Source: Octopus vulgaris
Taxonomy: Eukaryota
Length of the DNA: 64,000 bases
Direction: 5' to 3'
Assembly: GCA_951406725.2 (NCBI GenBank)
Contig: OX597824.1
Location: 75,578,001-75,642,000 of the forward strand
In this document: positions 41,796-54,939 of the stretch, in pieces
Layout of the letters: each line of letters opens with the position of its first letter
How positions within the stretch are numbered: the first letter of the stretch is position 1
Notes under the pieces: model-generated
The model's input: the letters and a program-made list of their open reading frames with translations, nothing else
Told to the model about the DNA's origin: nothing
The model's database searches: none
Translations under genes and position numbers: made by a program

Positions 41796-42575
41796 TTTAC
41801 ATTATATTATATAAGCCTTAATAATTATTATAGCTAGAATTATTAACATCCATTTTCAAGATTAAAGATTTTTATTTTTAGGATATACATCTACATATTG
41901 AAGTCAATATTGGTAAATTATTTCATCTCTAAAGATGAATGCAATAGCCTGAATAATTAACCTCTTAGTCACGTGGAGTTTGTTTAGATTCATACAGTTT
42001 CGTGTCATCTAGATTACTTTCATTCTCATATATTTTATAAAATTTTCTGGTAGATTCTTCAAACATTTAACCATGCAATTAGTAAGCTTTAATTATATTG
42101 TGTCCTTATTATAATGTAGACTCTAATTCGTAACATTTTTTTCATGAAATGCCTCTAATAAAGACTGCCTGCTTTTAGTAATTCTTGAATTCAACTCCAA
42201 ATCGCTGATTTGGCTTACATTTTCAAAAGACATCAAACCTGGAGACATTCCAAACCAAAACAAAGCTTAATTTCATAATTTTCCTGACACATTTTACCTA
42301 ATTTGCCAGAATTAGTATCAGCTTTATCATGTTGGCTGGCATTTTGCCAGCTCTAAATGTGTCAGCTGGTATATAAATGTACGGAGATGATTTTGCGGCA
42401 ATTATTCGTACTTTGTATTGTAATTATTACCATTCATAATAAGATGTATTATTATTAATACAAGTTATTACAGAACCAAATGTAACGATGTATATATAAT
42501 TTTAATAGGCATACAGATTCCTTCACGGTTCATTTGTTATGTGTATGTGTGTGTGTGTGTGTGTGTGTAAGTCTC

Positions 42576-42614
<39 letters not shown>

Positions 42615-42987
42615 GTCTGTGTGTGTGTGTAAGTCTGTGTGTGTGTGTAAGTCTGTGTGTGTGTATATATACACACACTCAAACTAGTGGTACTCCAGCA
42701 TGGCCAAAGCAACTGGGAAATTTAAAAAATACATACATATAAACGATTTTGTTTTCGCAATTTTTGTCAAATAAAATTAAAACAACATAATTTAGGAAAT
42801 AGAATAGATTAATGCTAGTTTTTGAAATTCCAGTATTTTGGGGTTGTGACCCTTTCCTCAGGAAATCGTTGGAGAAAATAACACCAATCTGTTCTTTTTC
42901 ATAAATTGCATTGTTTAACCATTCTAAAACAAATACACACAAACACACGCACACTCACATACATACATACATACATACATACATACA

Positions 42988-43063
<76 letters not shown>

Positions 43064-43118
43064 TATAAAAGTAAATAAATAAATGGAGTTGAACGCAGAT
43101 GTTATTAAAATTCTTTTA

Positions 43119-43201
43119 CTTTCGACATATGCTTCGAAGACAACATTGGTTTTATTCCAAAGGAATAAACGGTGTAAAATGCAATCTTCTCATCAGGAAA
43201 G
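43119..43201 (-). ncRNA. Hammerhead with extended stem II and one core substitution (GAAG)
   Basis: CTTTC-CTGATGA-GAAGA..TTTATTCC-TTT-GGAATAAA..TCTTC-GAAG-CATATG-TC^-GAAAG. Confidence 0.7.
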
Positions 43202-43259
43202 AAAGAGAGCCTATCTCAACAACAAGACATTATAACAATTACGATGACTAAAATATAAA

Positions 43260-43472
43260 GTTAATCCAAACATGAAAACACAAAGAGAAAACACAACAAC
43301 GCGAGGACGTGGAACAAGTATAGTGTTATTGGACGCTCAGGAAAGGAAAGAAAGAAGGAGGATTTAACGTTTCGAGCAGATCTCTTCGTCAGAAACATAG
43401 AAAAAGGAAAGATCCAAGGAAGGGAAGACGGAGGGCAAAAATCACCAACGATACACACGCGGTTACATATTG
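43260..43472 (-). mobile_element. HHR-bearing element H1 with canonical core
   Basis: GTTT-CTGACGA-A-GAG-ATCTG-CTC-GAAAC-GTT-AAAT. Confidence 0.72.
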
Positions 43473-43540
43473 AATGTCCCACAGCCCGCAGAGTGACTTT
43501 GGGCTGGTGTGTGCGTGTATATATATATATATATATATAT

Positions 43541-43760
43541 AGTTAATCCAAACAAGAAAACACAGAAAAAAAGAGAAAAAAACACAGCAACGCAGGACGT
43601 GGAACAATTAAAGTATTATTGACGCTCAGGAAAGAAGGGAAGGAGGGTTTAACGTTTCGAGCGGAGCTCTTCGTCGGAAACAAGGGGAAGGAAAGATCCC
43701 AAGGAGGGAAGACAGAGGAGAAAATATTTGAGCTGGTGGTGCTCAAGAGATCACATGTTG
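43541..43760 (-). mobile_element. HHR-bearing element H1
   Basis: Homologous to 35130-35338; ends at (TA)n. Confidence 0.72.
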
Positions 43761-43820
43761 AAAAAAAAAAATATATATATATATATATATAAACATATAT
43801 ATATATAAAAATATATAAAA

Positions 43821-43867
<47 letters not shown>

Positions 43868-44579
43868 TATACATATGTATATACAAACCAGCCCAAAGTC
43901 ACTCTGTGGGACATTAGGCCAGAAGTGTGACCGTAAAATCAAAAATTCAAAATCTATACCATCAATGATATTTATTACGTGAAAATTTGTTGAGTAAAAA
44001 CTCCAACTGATCTTTTGTAGTCTTAGTACCAAGTATTTATTTTCATTGGTCTGTCTTGTCTAAAACTTCACCAGATCATATAGGATCTTAGATTTGATCT
44101 TTTCTCACATTTTTTCCTGAAAATTTCTTGAATTTCGACTTTTACTTTTTGTCTTCAATGTATTACTTCTCCTCACTTCCGACTACGTTTTGCAGACGTT
44201 CTATTTTAATAGCGGTACGTATTCTTATGTCGTTTCAATGAAAATAAATATAATTTTTACAGTTCGTAAATTCTAATTTAACTTCTAAACGAAAAATTAA
44301 TTTGGTTCATTATATAAAAGAATTCTTTTTTTTTTTTGAGAATGGACTTAATGTGAGAAAACTGGCAGTCACTTCATGTTTCTTGGATTTTGTTTGGAAT
44401 GAAAGGATTTGATCAATAGAAGAACTATTACTCAGAAGAATGGCATCTTATATCAAAATCAATATGAAGAAAGCTTTACTGTCGAAAAAAATGTAAAAGT
44501 TAGAGAAGTTGCAAAAATTTTAAGTATTCTTACTGCTTTTAATTCAAATTCGGAATAGGTTAAATACCCAATACCAAAG

Positions 44580-44595
44580 TTAATTATTATTATTA

Positions 44596-44688
<93 letters not shown>

Positions 44689-44707
44689 GTAGTAGTGGTA
44701 GTAGCAG

Positions 44708-44806
<99 letters not shown>

Positions 44807-44812
44807 CATTAT
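44580..44812. repeat. Compound (ATT)(ATC)(AGC)(AGT) microsatellite
   Basis: Direct reading. Confidence 0.92.
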
Positions 44813-45007
44813 TATATTTTACTTCTCAGAGCTCTCGATCTTGCTTGCTTCAATTGATTCTATGAGAGCGGAGAGTAACCGGTTGTCAAATGTCTCACAG
44901 GGTCTCTCAGAATCTCTTTCCGCGAATTCTAAAACTTGGCATCTAGATAGATGCTCAGTATCGCGGGAGATATTCAACATCCAAGTACCAACCTCAAAAC
45001 CAATTTA

Positions 45008-47745
45008 TTACTATTATTATTCATATGCACACAACAAATTACACTGTTGGAAAAGAAAAATTCCAAACATCGGGCTACAACAAGTAACCTTAGATGCCAA
45101 GGACCCTCCTAGGTATCCTAGCTCTCCCTAATAACACTGTTTTCTGAAGCTGTACTAAATTGGGCTTTATGCCTATTTCCTCTATCCAACTGTTCAAATG
45201 TTTAGAGACAGTTCCCAATGCACCTATAACTACTGGGATATATTTTACCCGTATTTTCCATAGTCTCTGTAATTCAATGGCTAGGTCCTGGTACTTTGCT
45301 ATTTTTTCTATACCCCTCATATTGATTGTTTTCATCATTTGGGATTGTAAAGCCAATTATCTGGCACTTTCTATTCCCTACAACTACTAAATCAAATCTA
45401 GCTTCTATCACTCTGTCAGTCTGAATGTTAAATTCCTACATCCTCTTATATTTCTCATTTTCTAGTACTTTACTAGGTTCATGTTCATACCATTTATCAA
45501 TGTGGTCAAATCTTAGCTTTCTACATACATAACCCCCAATGGATTACTCTCCATAGGTTGTCATGTCTTTTCTTGTTTTTCTTTCTGTGCCAGCATGCCA
45601 CATTCACTTACTATACGAGTAACGCTCTCCTCTTTTGATTTGCATAACCTACATTGGAAATGTATTTGGTTTTTGTCTATCTTGGCTTTTATCCAATTAT
45701 TTCTTAATGTTTGATATTATGCTGCAACTATCAAACTTTCTGTCTCCCTTTTCAGCTTTCCTTTCTACAACCATAACCAGGTCTCACTACCAGTATTTGC
45801 GGCAACTATCTTTGGGAATCTACCATGCAACGCCTTTTCCTGCCACTCAGATAACTTTTGTTTTTTTTACTGGTTTTTAACTTCGTTTGGTTTTTTTGTT
45901 TCCTTACGTCTTCCTGTGACTCTAGCAGCTTTTGATAAACTTTCTTCATTATTAACTCCTAGATATAGGAGTTAGCTACTCTAGCTAACTTCACCTTCCT
46001 TTCTAGGTATGTATAATCTTGCTACTCCTACCCTTGGGTGGAGTCCTCCATTAATATTGAATTCCTTCCTTGTTCTTTTGTCTAGCTTTTCTAATTCAGT
46101 TTTTGTCCAAACTACAAAAGCTGCTGAGTATCTAAGTAATGATACTGCTCAAGCATTTACAGCTTTCACTAGAGTCGAACCATTTAACTGTGACTTCATT
46201 ATACTCTTCACCCTTCTGATGTACTCCTTCTCAGTTTTCGTTTTCATTCTATAGTTAGCACTCTGTCAGCTATTAATACTCCTAGATACCTATAACTCTC
46301 TCCTCCTTTCAATGATTTTAATGTCTGGCCAGCTGGTAACTAGATGCCTTCAGTGTTGATTACCTGTCCAATTTCCATGGCTAATATTGCACATTTGTCT
46401 ATGCCAAATTCCATGCCAATATATTTGCTGAAGAATATTACAGTCTGTATTAAGGAATCTATTTCTTTCTTATTCTTACTAAAAAGCTTCAGATCATCCA
46501 TATAGAGCAAATGGTTAATTTTTTCCTTACTATTTCTGAATTGATGCCCTGCCTTTGCCTTCCTTAATACTAAACTGAGGGGGATCAAACACATGACAAA
46601 TATCAAAGGGGATAACGAGTCTCCTTGCGAAATTCCTCTCTTGATATTAACTTTCCCTAAGACTGTATCACCTGAGTAGTAATCTACTTTCCATTTCTTC
46701 ATACTAAAGCTAATTAAGTCTCTTATTTTGTCTGCTATACTGAACATGTTCAAACATTCACTTATCCATAAGGGTGGGATCATGTCATAAGCTTTTTTTA
46801 TAGTCTATCCATGCTATTGTTAGATTTTTCTTTCTAGCTTTTACTTCATTTAGAACTGCTTTGTCTATATCTAATATATCATACGTTCCTCTAGCCTTCT
46901 TCCTGCAACCTTTCTGTTATTCTGACACTAAATTCTGGTTGTCAAGGTGCTCGTAAATGCTTTCTGAAAGCGTTCCTGTTAACAGCCTCCATGCTAATTA
47001 TAAACAAACGATCGGTCTATAATTGCTAGCTGTATTATCCTTGCTTTGGTCTTTCATAAGGAGTATTTTCCCCCTCTAGTCATCCAATCTGGTATTATTC
47101 CTCCATTAAGACAATCCTGAAGTTGTTCTCTCAGCCTACCATGTAAACTACTAAACTTCTTTAACTGATACCCTTGTATTAAATCTGGTCATGAGCCCTT
47201 TCAACTCGGCAATTTTCCTAATTTTGGCACATGGCTAGCAATTTCGGAGTAGGGCGTAAGTCGATTACATCCACTCCAGTGCTCGATTGGTACTTATTTT
47301 ATTGACCCCAGGAAGGATGAAAGGCAAAGTCAACCTCGGCGGAATTTGAACTCAGAAAGTAAAGATAGGCGCTATGCATTTTGCCCGGCGTACCAACGAT
47401 TCTGCCAAGTCACCACCCCAATATGAATTAGCCTAAGACCTGGCTGCTTCTTACTCCCTATTTTTCCCCTCACTTTCTTTACTCATACTGCATCTCTATT
47501 GACTGGCTTATCCCAAATATTATTTCAGAACTGTCTAGCTTCTTCTACATTAAGTTTCTCATCTTCAGTGCTTTCTTCTCCACTGTTTATTTGGCTATTT
47601 AGATCTCCTTTGGTCTGTCTCACTTTATTCTGATGATACTGGTTTGTTCTTTTTTGACATTTGGAAAGCTTACCTACTACTGCTATCATACGCTGTTTCA
47701 ACTCTTATCTGACTGTCCCAACCACTTTCTCTTTGAACAAGTATC
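45008..47745 (-). pseudogene. Decayed R4/Dong-type non-LTR retrotransposon (RT plus restriction-like endonuclease)
   Basis: RT motifs KRGISQGDSLSPLIF and HLLYMDDLKLF; C-terminal KIAKYQDLAIELQRLW..IPVVIGALG..LQKTVLLG; many stops and frameshifts; TAA-like 3' end; interrupted by SINE B at ~47215-47420. Confidence 0.88.
47215..47420 (-). mobile_element. SINE B (older subfamily) inserted in the LINE
   Basis: Family core present. Confidence 0.8.
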
Positions 47746-47769
47746 ATTTCTCAAGAGGAGATTTAAATC

Positions 47770-47842
<73 letters not shown>

Positions 47843-47944
47843 TGTTTGAATTGATGTCTTTATGTATATTTCTATGTATTTATATTTGTATGTGTATGTG
47901 CATGTTGTGATATGTTGTTTGACTTCAAAAAGAAATTGTCTTAA

Positions 47945-48385
47945 TATTAATTTCAAATTTTGACACAAGGATACCAATTTCGGGGTACAGAGTAAGTTGA
48001 TTATATCAATCATCACTACTTAACTGGTATTTATTTTATCGACCCTGAAAGGATGATGAGTAAAGTCGACCTTGGTGGAATTTGAAGTCTGAAAGTAAAG
48101 ACAGACGAAATGCTGCTAAGCATTTCTCCCGACGTGCTTACCGATTCTGCCAGCTCACTACCTAAAGTTGTCTTAATATTAGAAGCTGTAAAGGCGGCAA
48201 TGAGTTGGCAGAGTCGTTAGCACGCCGGGAAAAATGCATGGCGACGTTTCGTCCGTCTTTACATTCTGAGTTCAAATTCCGCCGAGGTCGGCCTTACTTT
48301 TCATCCTTTTGGGGTCGATAAAATAAGTACCTGTTGGACTCTCCCAGAAATTTCTGGCCTTGTGCCAAATTTGAAATCAATATTA
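47945..48385. mobile_element. Two older SINE B copies in divergent orientation (47945-48165 -, 48192-48385 +)
   Basis: Family cores on opposite strands. Confidence 0.75.
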
Positions 48386-48821
48386 AAAGCCGTAGAAGAT
48401 ATTTAATAAATTATTAGAGACGTTTTGTTCTCACCTAACAGCTATAGTAGAACTTAAGTATTTAAAATTTCTAGTAACTAGAATGTTAAATACATTTAAC
48501 ATTTACCAAAAGGTGTCTTGTTGCTGTCAAGAAATCAAATAAATAGTGATATAAAGAACGTGATAGTCTATAAGAAATGTTATGTTGACAATTTAATTTA
48601 ACAATTGAATATTTAATGTAAAATATATAAAGTAGATATTTCTGTGGCTCCAAACAATAAAGGTCAATGTAAATAAGTTTGTCATATCAGATGTTTTGTA
48701 ACGATAGTCAGATACGATAAGTGAAACTGAATACAAATTGATATTGATGTTAAATTTTGGTTCAAGGCTAGCAATTCCGGGGAAGGGTCTAAATCGGTTT
48801 CATAGGTCCCAGTGTTCAACT

Positions 48822-49037
48822 ACTCTTTTGCTCTTTTACTTGTTTCAGTCATTTGACTGCGGCCATGCTGGAGCAAATCGACCCCAGGACCTATTCTTTG
48901 GAAGCCTAGTACTTATTCTATCGGTCTCTTTTGCTGAACCGCTAGGTTACGGGGACGTAAACACACCAGCATCGGTTGTCAAGCGATGTTGGGGGGACAA
49001 AGACACACAAACATACACACACGCATACATACATACA

Positions 49038-49073
<36 letters not shown>

Positions 49074-49239
49074 TATATAAGACGGGCTTCTTTCAGTTTC
49101 CATCAACCAAATCCACTCACAAGGCTTTAGTCGGCCCGAGGCTATAGTAGAAGACACTTACCCAAGGTACCACGCAGTGGGAATGAACCCGGAAGCATGT
49201 GCTTGGTAAGCAAGCTACTTACCACACATCACTCCTGCC
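48822..49239 (-). mobile_element. SINE A nested in an old SINE B
   Basis: Family match; B-like sequence continues at 49240-49370. Confidence 0.85.
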
Positions 49240-49427
49240 TATTTTATCTACTCCGAAATGATGAAGTCAAAATCGACCTCGGTGGAATTTGAATTCAGAA
49301 TGCAAAGACACATGAAATATTGCTAAGCATTTTGCTCCATGTGCTAACAATTCAGCCAGCTCATAGCCTTAATGTAGTAATCAATATTCCCTTCTACTAT
49401 AGGCACAAAGCCTGAAATTTTGTGGGA

Positions 49428-49842
49428 GGCAGCGAGCTGGCAGAAACGTTAGCACGCCGGGCGAAATGCTTAGCGGTATTTCGTCTGCGTTACGTTGTGA
49501 GTTCAAATTCCGCCGAGGTCGACTTTGCCTTTCATCCTTTCGGGGTCGATAAATTAAGTACCAGTTACGCACTGAGGTCGATGTAATCGACTTAATACCT
49601 ATGTCTGTCCTTGTTTGTCCCCTCTGTGCTTAGCCCCTTGTGGATAATAAAGAAATAGGTATTTCGTCTGTCGTTAAGTTGTGAGTTCAAATTCCGCCGA
49701 GGTCGACTTTGCCTTTCATCCTTTCGGGGTCGATAAATTAAGTACCAGTTACGCACTGGAGTCGATGTAATCGACTTAATCCGTTTGTCTGTCCTTGTTT
49801 GTCCCCTCTGTGTTTAGCCCCTTGTGAGTAGTAAAGAAATAT
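49428..49842 (+). mobile_element. SINE B dimer nested in an older inverted SINE B (49395-50000)
   Basis: Two units joined at aaagaaata-ggtatttcgtctg. Confidence 0.85.
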
Positions 49843-50015
49843 GTATTAACCGATTACATTGATCCCAGAACTGAACTGTTACTTATTTCATTGACCCCGA
49901 AAGGATGAACGGCAAAGTCAACCTCAGTGGAATTTAAACTCAGAACATAAAGACAGCCGAAATGGCGCTAAGCATTTTGCTCGGGGTGCTAAAGATTCTA
50001 ATAATAATAATAATA

Positions 50016-50047
<32 letters not shown>

Positions 50048-50054
50048 AATGATT

Positions 50055-50245
50055 CCAAATTTTGGCAATTTCGGATTAGGGCGTAAGTCGATTACATCAA
50101 TTCCAGTGCTCGATTGGTACTTATTTTATTGACCCCGAAAGGATGAAAGCAAAGTGAACCTCGGCGGAATTTGAACTCAGAACATAAAGACAGGCGCCAA
50201 GCACTTTGCCCGGCGTGCCAACGATTCTTTCAGTTCACCGCCCCA
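50055..50245 (-). mobile_element. SINE B, older subfamily
   Basis: Closely similar to 47215-47420. Confidence 0.8.
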
Positions 50246-50399
50246 ATATAAATTAATATTAAAGATGAGAACTACGAGAGAAAACATTTATTTACCTGTT
50301 GTTACAGGTACGACAGCGACTTTTCGGACACTCACAATCTGTAGCTTCTTATAATCAGCTCTAATTTATGAGCAAGAAGTTCAAATTCTCGCGGCCGCA

Positions 50400-50665
50400 A
50401 GATTAATTTACTGGTCCCTTGCACAGACTAATACCAAGCACAGCACAATATTAGTAAACTCGCATGACGGACGAAACAGAAAGGACTGAATACAGACATT
50501 TACCTCTTCGGTGAAGGACTCACTGAAGTGAGGCCTTGCCCTCAATACCATATTGAAAGGAAGGTGCGGGTTGAGAGGGATGTGCTGCTTCCTGGGAAAT
50601 TTGCTAAATGATCGGTGATTATGGCGAGAATGATTCGAGTGATAGAATCCACTCAAAGTTAGCCC
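50400..50665 (+). pseudogene. Diverged Tx1/L1-like ORF2 C-terminal remnant
   Basis: Reads KGLNTDIYLFGEGL..YHIERKVRVERDVLLPGKFAK*SVIMARMIRV, whose end aligns with WVNVARMARM at ~23660. Confidence 0.5.
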
Positions 50666-51239
50666 CATGTTGGCTGAGGAATACGGAAAAAGAGAAGAGC
50701 GCTTGCCATCGGAGATTTTGTATGTAAAGATTTCTTTACTAGTTGTTTTTGATTTTGTTCTGAGTTTAAACTCTGCCAACGACGACTTCGCGTTTCATCC
50801 TTCCTAAGTCGATAAAATAAGCACCAGTTGAGCAATGGGGTCGATTAAAGCGACTTATGTACCCCTCAAAAAAGCTGAACTTGTGCCAAATTAAGAAAGG
50901 ATATTAGATGTCAAACCAACCAAATATTGTGGAGTTTTAGGTACGTGCCTCATTGGTTATGAGTGCTTCGTTCATATGTTCGTTTGTCCGAACGGGTGGC
51001 ACGTTGTATTCTTCAACAAGGCAGAATATTTCACTCTGTTCAAGTCTACTCAGCTGAAAATGAGTGCCATTCAAGTGTTGATGCAGCCTTCTATCTCTCT
51101 CCCTCGTTCTCTACTTCTCTTTCTCTGCCCTCCCTCTCTCTTATCAGATATCTCATCCTCACTATTCCGCTAAGTGAAGGGTGGAAGATCCGAGGAGGGA
51201 TTAATATCTGCTCGCAACAGTATAGGCAATATTTTTTTT

Positions 51240-51543
51240 CGCCCTTTTCAAGCCTAGCCAGGCTCATGGGCCCGGTTTCCCGGTTTCTGTGGCGTATGTG
51301 TTCCCCACCAGCTGGACGGGACGCCAGTCCATCGCAGCGTTACTCAAGAAACAGGAAGAGAGAGTGAGAGAAAGTTGAGGCGAAAGAGTACAACTGGGGT
51401 CGCCACCGCCCCCTGCCGGAGACTCGTGGAGCTTTTAGGTGTTTTCGCTCAATAAACACACACAACGCCCGGTCTGGGAATCGAAACCTCGATCCTCCGA
51501 CCGCGAGTCCGCTGCCCTAACTACTGGTCCATTGCGCCTCCAC
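51240..51543 (-). mobile_element. SINE C, tail type 2
   Basis: Family match; TSD ataggcaatat. Confidence 0.9.
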
Positions 51544-52004
51544 ATAGGCAATATAGGCACCCAAAACAATTACCGAAAGTATATCGCTAGTCGCTTACTT
51601 GTGACCATGAGGCTGCAATGGCATTTTCGGTCGTTTTATTTAATTTTTGACTTATCTAGCAAGTGATTTGATCTGATGCCGTGTGTTGAAGTGATTTGAT
51701 CTGATGCCGTGTGTTGAAGTGATGCAATCGCATTGCAGAATAGCTATTAGAGCCATCGAAAAACATTTTTTAAACAGAACTATTAAATTCATTTATCATT
51801 TATTTCTTGAGGATATGCGACAAAAATTTTAACACCTCAAGAAATTATCGAAAAATCAATTTAACAGTTTCTGTTTGTTTTTAAATGACTAAAATGGATT
51901 TTCCAATTATGTAAATTTAATAGTTAATACATATTAATGGCGGCGGGTTCGCAGAATTGCTAAAGCATCGAAAAAAAAACTCGGTATATGAAATGAAACT
52001 GCAT

Positions 52005-52920
52005 TAAAGTAAAACCATGTCTGTCTGTCTGTCTATCTGTCTGTATGTATATATGTATGTATGTATGTATGCATGTATGTATGTATGTATGTATGTATGT
52101 ATGTATGTATGTGTGTGTATCACTAAAACTCGAGAACTACTCAATCGATTTCATTCAAAGTTTACACATACACTACTTAGAGTCCATGAAGTGCCATGGG
52201 CCAAAACATTTTCAAGTTCTTGCCTAATAGACGCTATGATGTTTTGGAACTGTCTGAAATAAATTCTTTTCATAGATTTGTTGTGTTAAATTTAAAGCTG
52301 TCTCTATTGCGTCCCCCGACTTTTTCTACAGCCCGGCAAGCTTCCGCAACGTCAGTGAGTATTTTTATTCACTGTTTCCTAGATATTGACGCATGAACTT
52401 CGTTTAAGACGGTGGCAATTGCCTACGCGACATTGACAAGTTTCAAGAAAGCCGAAACGCGTCTGTGACGACGTTGTTCGTCTCGCTTCGGTAATATATT
52501 ATGTTTTTAACACAACAAATCTATGGAGAGATTTTATCTCAGACAATTTCACAGCATCAGGCCTTCTACGGGTGTTTATTCTTTTTTATGACACATAGAT
52601 GACAAGCGATTTTCATTTAAAGTAGTTCGAATTCTGTACACCGAGTTTTTCTTCATTTCTTCAAGCATCCGCAATACCTGTGGACGTTTTATCCACTATT
52701 TCTTATATATTGAGACACGAATTTCGTTTAGACAGACAACTCTCGGGTGCACGGCATTGACGAGCCTCAAGAGAGGCGAAATACGCCTGTCGTTCGTGCG
52801 AATCACTGCAACGACGATGTTCATTTTTTTTTTTTGTACAAAAATGTCTATGATGTGATTTTATCTCAGACAATTTCACTGCATAAAGGCTTCTAATAAG
52901 GAGCATACATTAAGTAAGAT
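52005..52920 (+). mobile_element. Helitron/DINE-like element with internal microsatellite and rearranged repeats
   Basis: (TGTC)(TATG)n then atcactaaaactcgagaacta..cgatttcattcaaa, shared with 54694-54932. Confidence 0.55.
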
Positions 52921-53244
52921 ACACAAATGAAAAAATATATGTACGTGTGTGTGAGAGAGAGGGGGAGAGGGAGAAAGAGAGGGAAGGAGATAGATGGAGT
53001 GAGGGAGAGAGAGGGGTGAGAGTGTGTGCGTGAGGATGTGTGGTTGTGTGTGTGCGCGTGTGTTTGAGAGCGAGAAAAAAAAAACACGAGAAAAACGAGA
53101 GCCTGAAGGATTGTTCGGAAACTCGAAGCATGGTTGTGTAAATCTGCCGATTTATTGTGTTCCCATGAAACTATTAGTTATTCTTATTTAAATGATGTTT
53201 ATTAAAAGATATCTATGTATATATAATTTATATATGTATATATA

Positions 53245-53409
53245 ATGTGTGTATGTATGTATGTATTATGTATGTATGTATGTATGTATGTATGTATGTA
53301 TGTATGTATGTATGTATGTATGTATGTATGTATGTATGTATGCATGCATGTATGTATGTATGTATTATGTTTTTATGTATGTATGCATGTATGTATGTAT
53401 GTATGTATG

Positions 53410-53443
<34 letters not shown>

Positions 53444-53520
53444 TGTATGTATGCATGTATGTATGTATGTATGTATGTATGTATGTATGTATGTATGTAT
53501 GTATGTATGTATGTATGTGT
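53245..53520. repeat. (TATG)n microsatellite
   Basis: Direct reading. Confidence 0.95.
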
Positions 53521-53708
53521 ATGCGTGTGTGTGCGTGTAATATTCGTCGGGATGTAGAAATACATGGGCGAGTGTCCGAGAGCGCAGTAAGTCCACTGGG
53601 AATGAGAGACCCCTGCTTTTTGTAAAGGTATCTCCCTAGAAGAAGGTTAACACGTATATAAAATCCGCTGCTCTACTGAATCGGATTTCTTGCACTTTGC
53701 TCGTCTCT

Positions 53709-53946
53709 GGTGGCGTGCTGGCAGAAACGTTAGCACGCCGGGCGAAATGCTTAGCGGTATTTCGTCTGCCGTTAAGTTCTGAGTTCGAATTCCGCCGAGG
53801 TTGACTTTGCCTTTCATCCTTTCGGGGTCGATAAATTAAGTATCAGTTACGCACTGGGGTCGATGTAATCGACTTAATCCGTTTGTCTGTCCTTGTTTGT
53901 CCCCTCTGTATTTAGCCCCTTGTGGGTAGTAAAGAAATAGGTATTG
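53709..53946 (+). mobile_element. SINE B monomer
   Basis: Full-length match. Confidence 0.9.
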
Positions 53947-54693
53947 CTAGTGAGTGTGACTGTGCTGTTAGAATGAAACTAGCAAGTTGATTTGAAAACG
54001 AAGTGATCTTTGCCAATAATGAACTCTCATACTCATAGAATGTGGTTATAATTTTCTCCCTAATATTTAATTAACTATTTTTCGCATTAGTCATTATCAA
54101 AATCTGTGATAGCACTCTTGTGAACTTTTCGTTCATCTTCCTGCGCATGAAGAAGAACTAAGGCCTGAAAAAACAAAACAGATGTATAAAGATACGCAGG
54201 TGCGTGGTGAGAGACCTTTTTTTAATTGTAATAATTTAATTAGTTAACGAGTTGAAATGATTGATAAATAATGAAATTAATAAGCATTAATTATTAATAA
54301 AATGGTAAAAAAGTGAGTAATAAATGCAATCAACGCGTGAGATTAATTTACTGCCAAACATAATTATCCCAAAATATAACTCTGTATAATCTCACATACA
54401 TACATACATACAACAATACATACTTACATACATACATACATACGTACGAACATACATACATACATACAAACATACATACGTACGTACATACATACATACA
54501 TACATACAAACATACATACGTACATACATACATACAAACATGCATACATACATACATACATACATACATACATACATACATACATACGTACGTACATACA
54601 TACATACATACATACATACATACATAACATAACATAACATATGTACGAATTTCCGTACATACGCACACACATGAGTATGTGCGTGTGTATATA

Positions 54694-54833
54694 TCTATAT
54701 ATGTAAAGCTGAGCATGTTATTTTATCTGTCTGTCTGTCTGTCTGTCTGTATGTATGTATGTATGTATGTATGTATGTATGTATGTATGTATGTATGTAT
54801 GTATATATGTTTGTATGTATGTATGTATGTATG

Positions 54834-54866
<33 letters not shown>

Positions 54867-54932
54867 GTGCATCACTAAAACTCGAGAACTAACCGACCGA
54901 TTTCATTCAAATTTTACACACACACTACTTAA
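54694..54932 (+). mobile_element. Helitron/DINE-like 5' portion
   Basis: Starts a|tctatatatgtaaag, has an internal microsatellite and the shared core. Confidence 0.6.
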
Positions 54933-54939
54933 AGACTTG

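Noticed and set aside
51661-51723. 28-bp tandem duplication
   Set aside because: Simple local duplication with no further structure.
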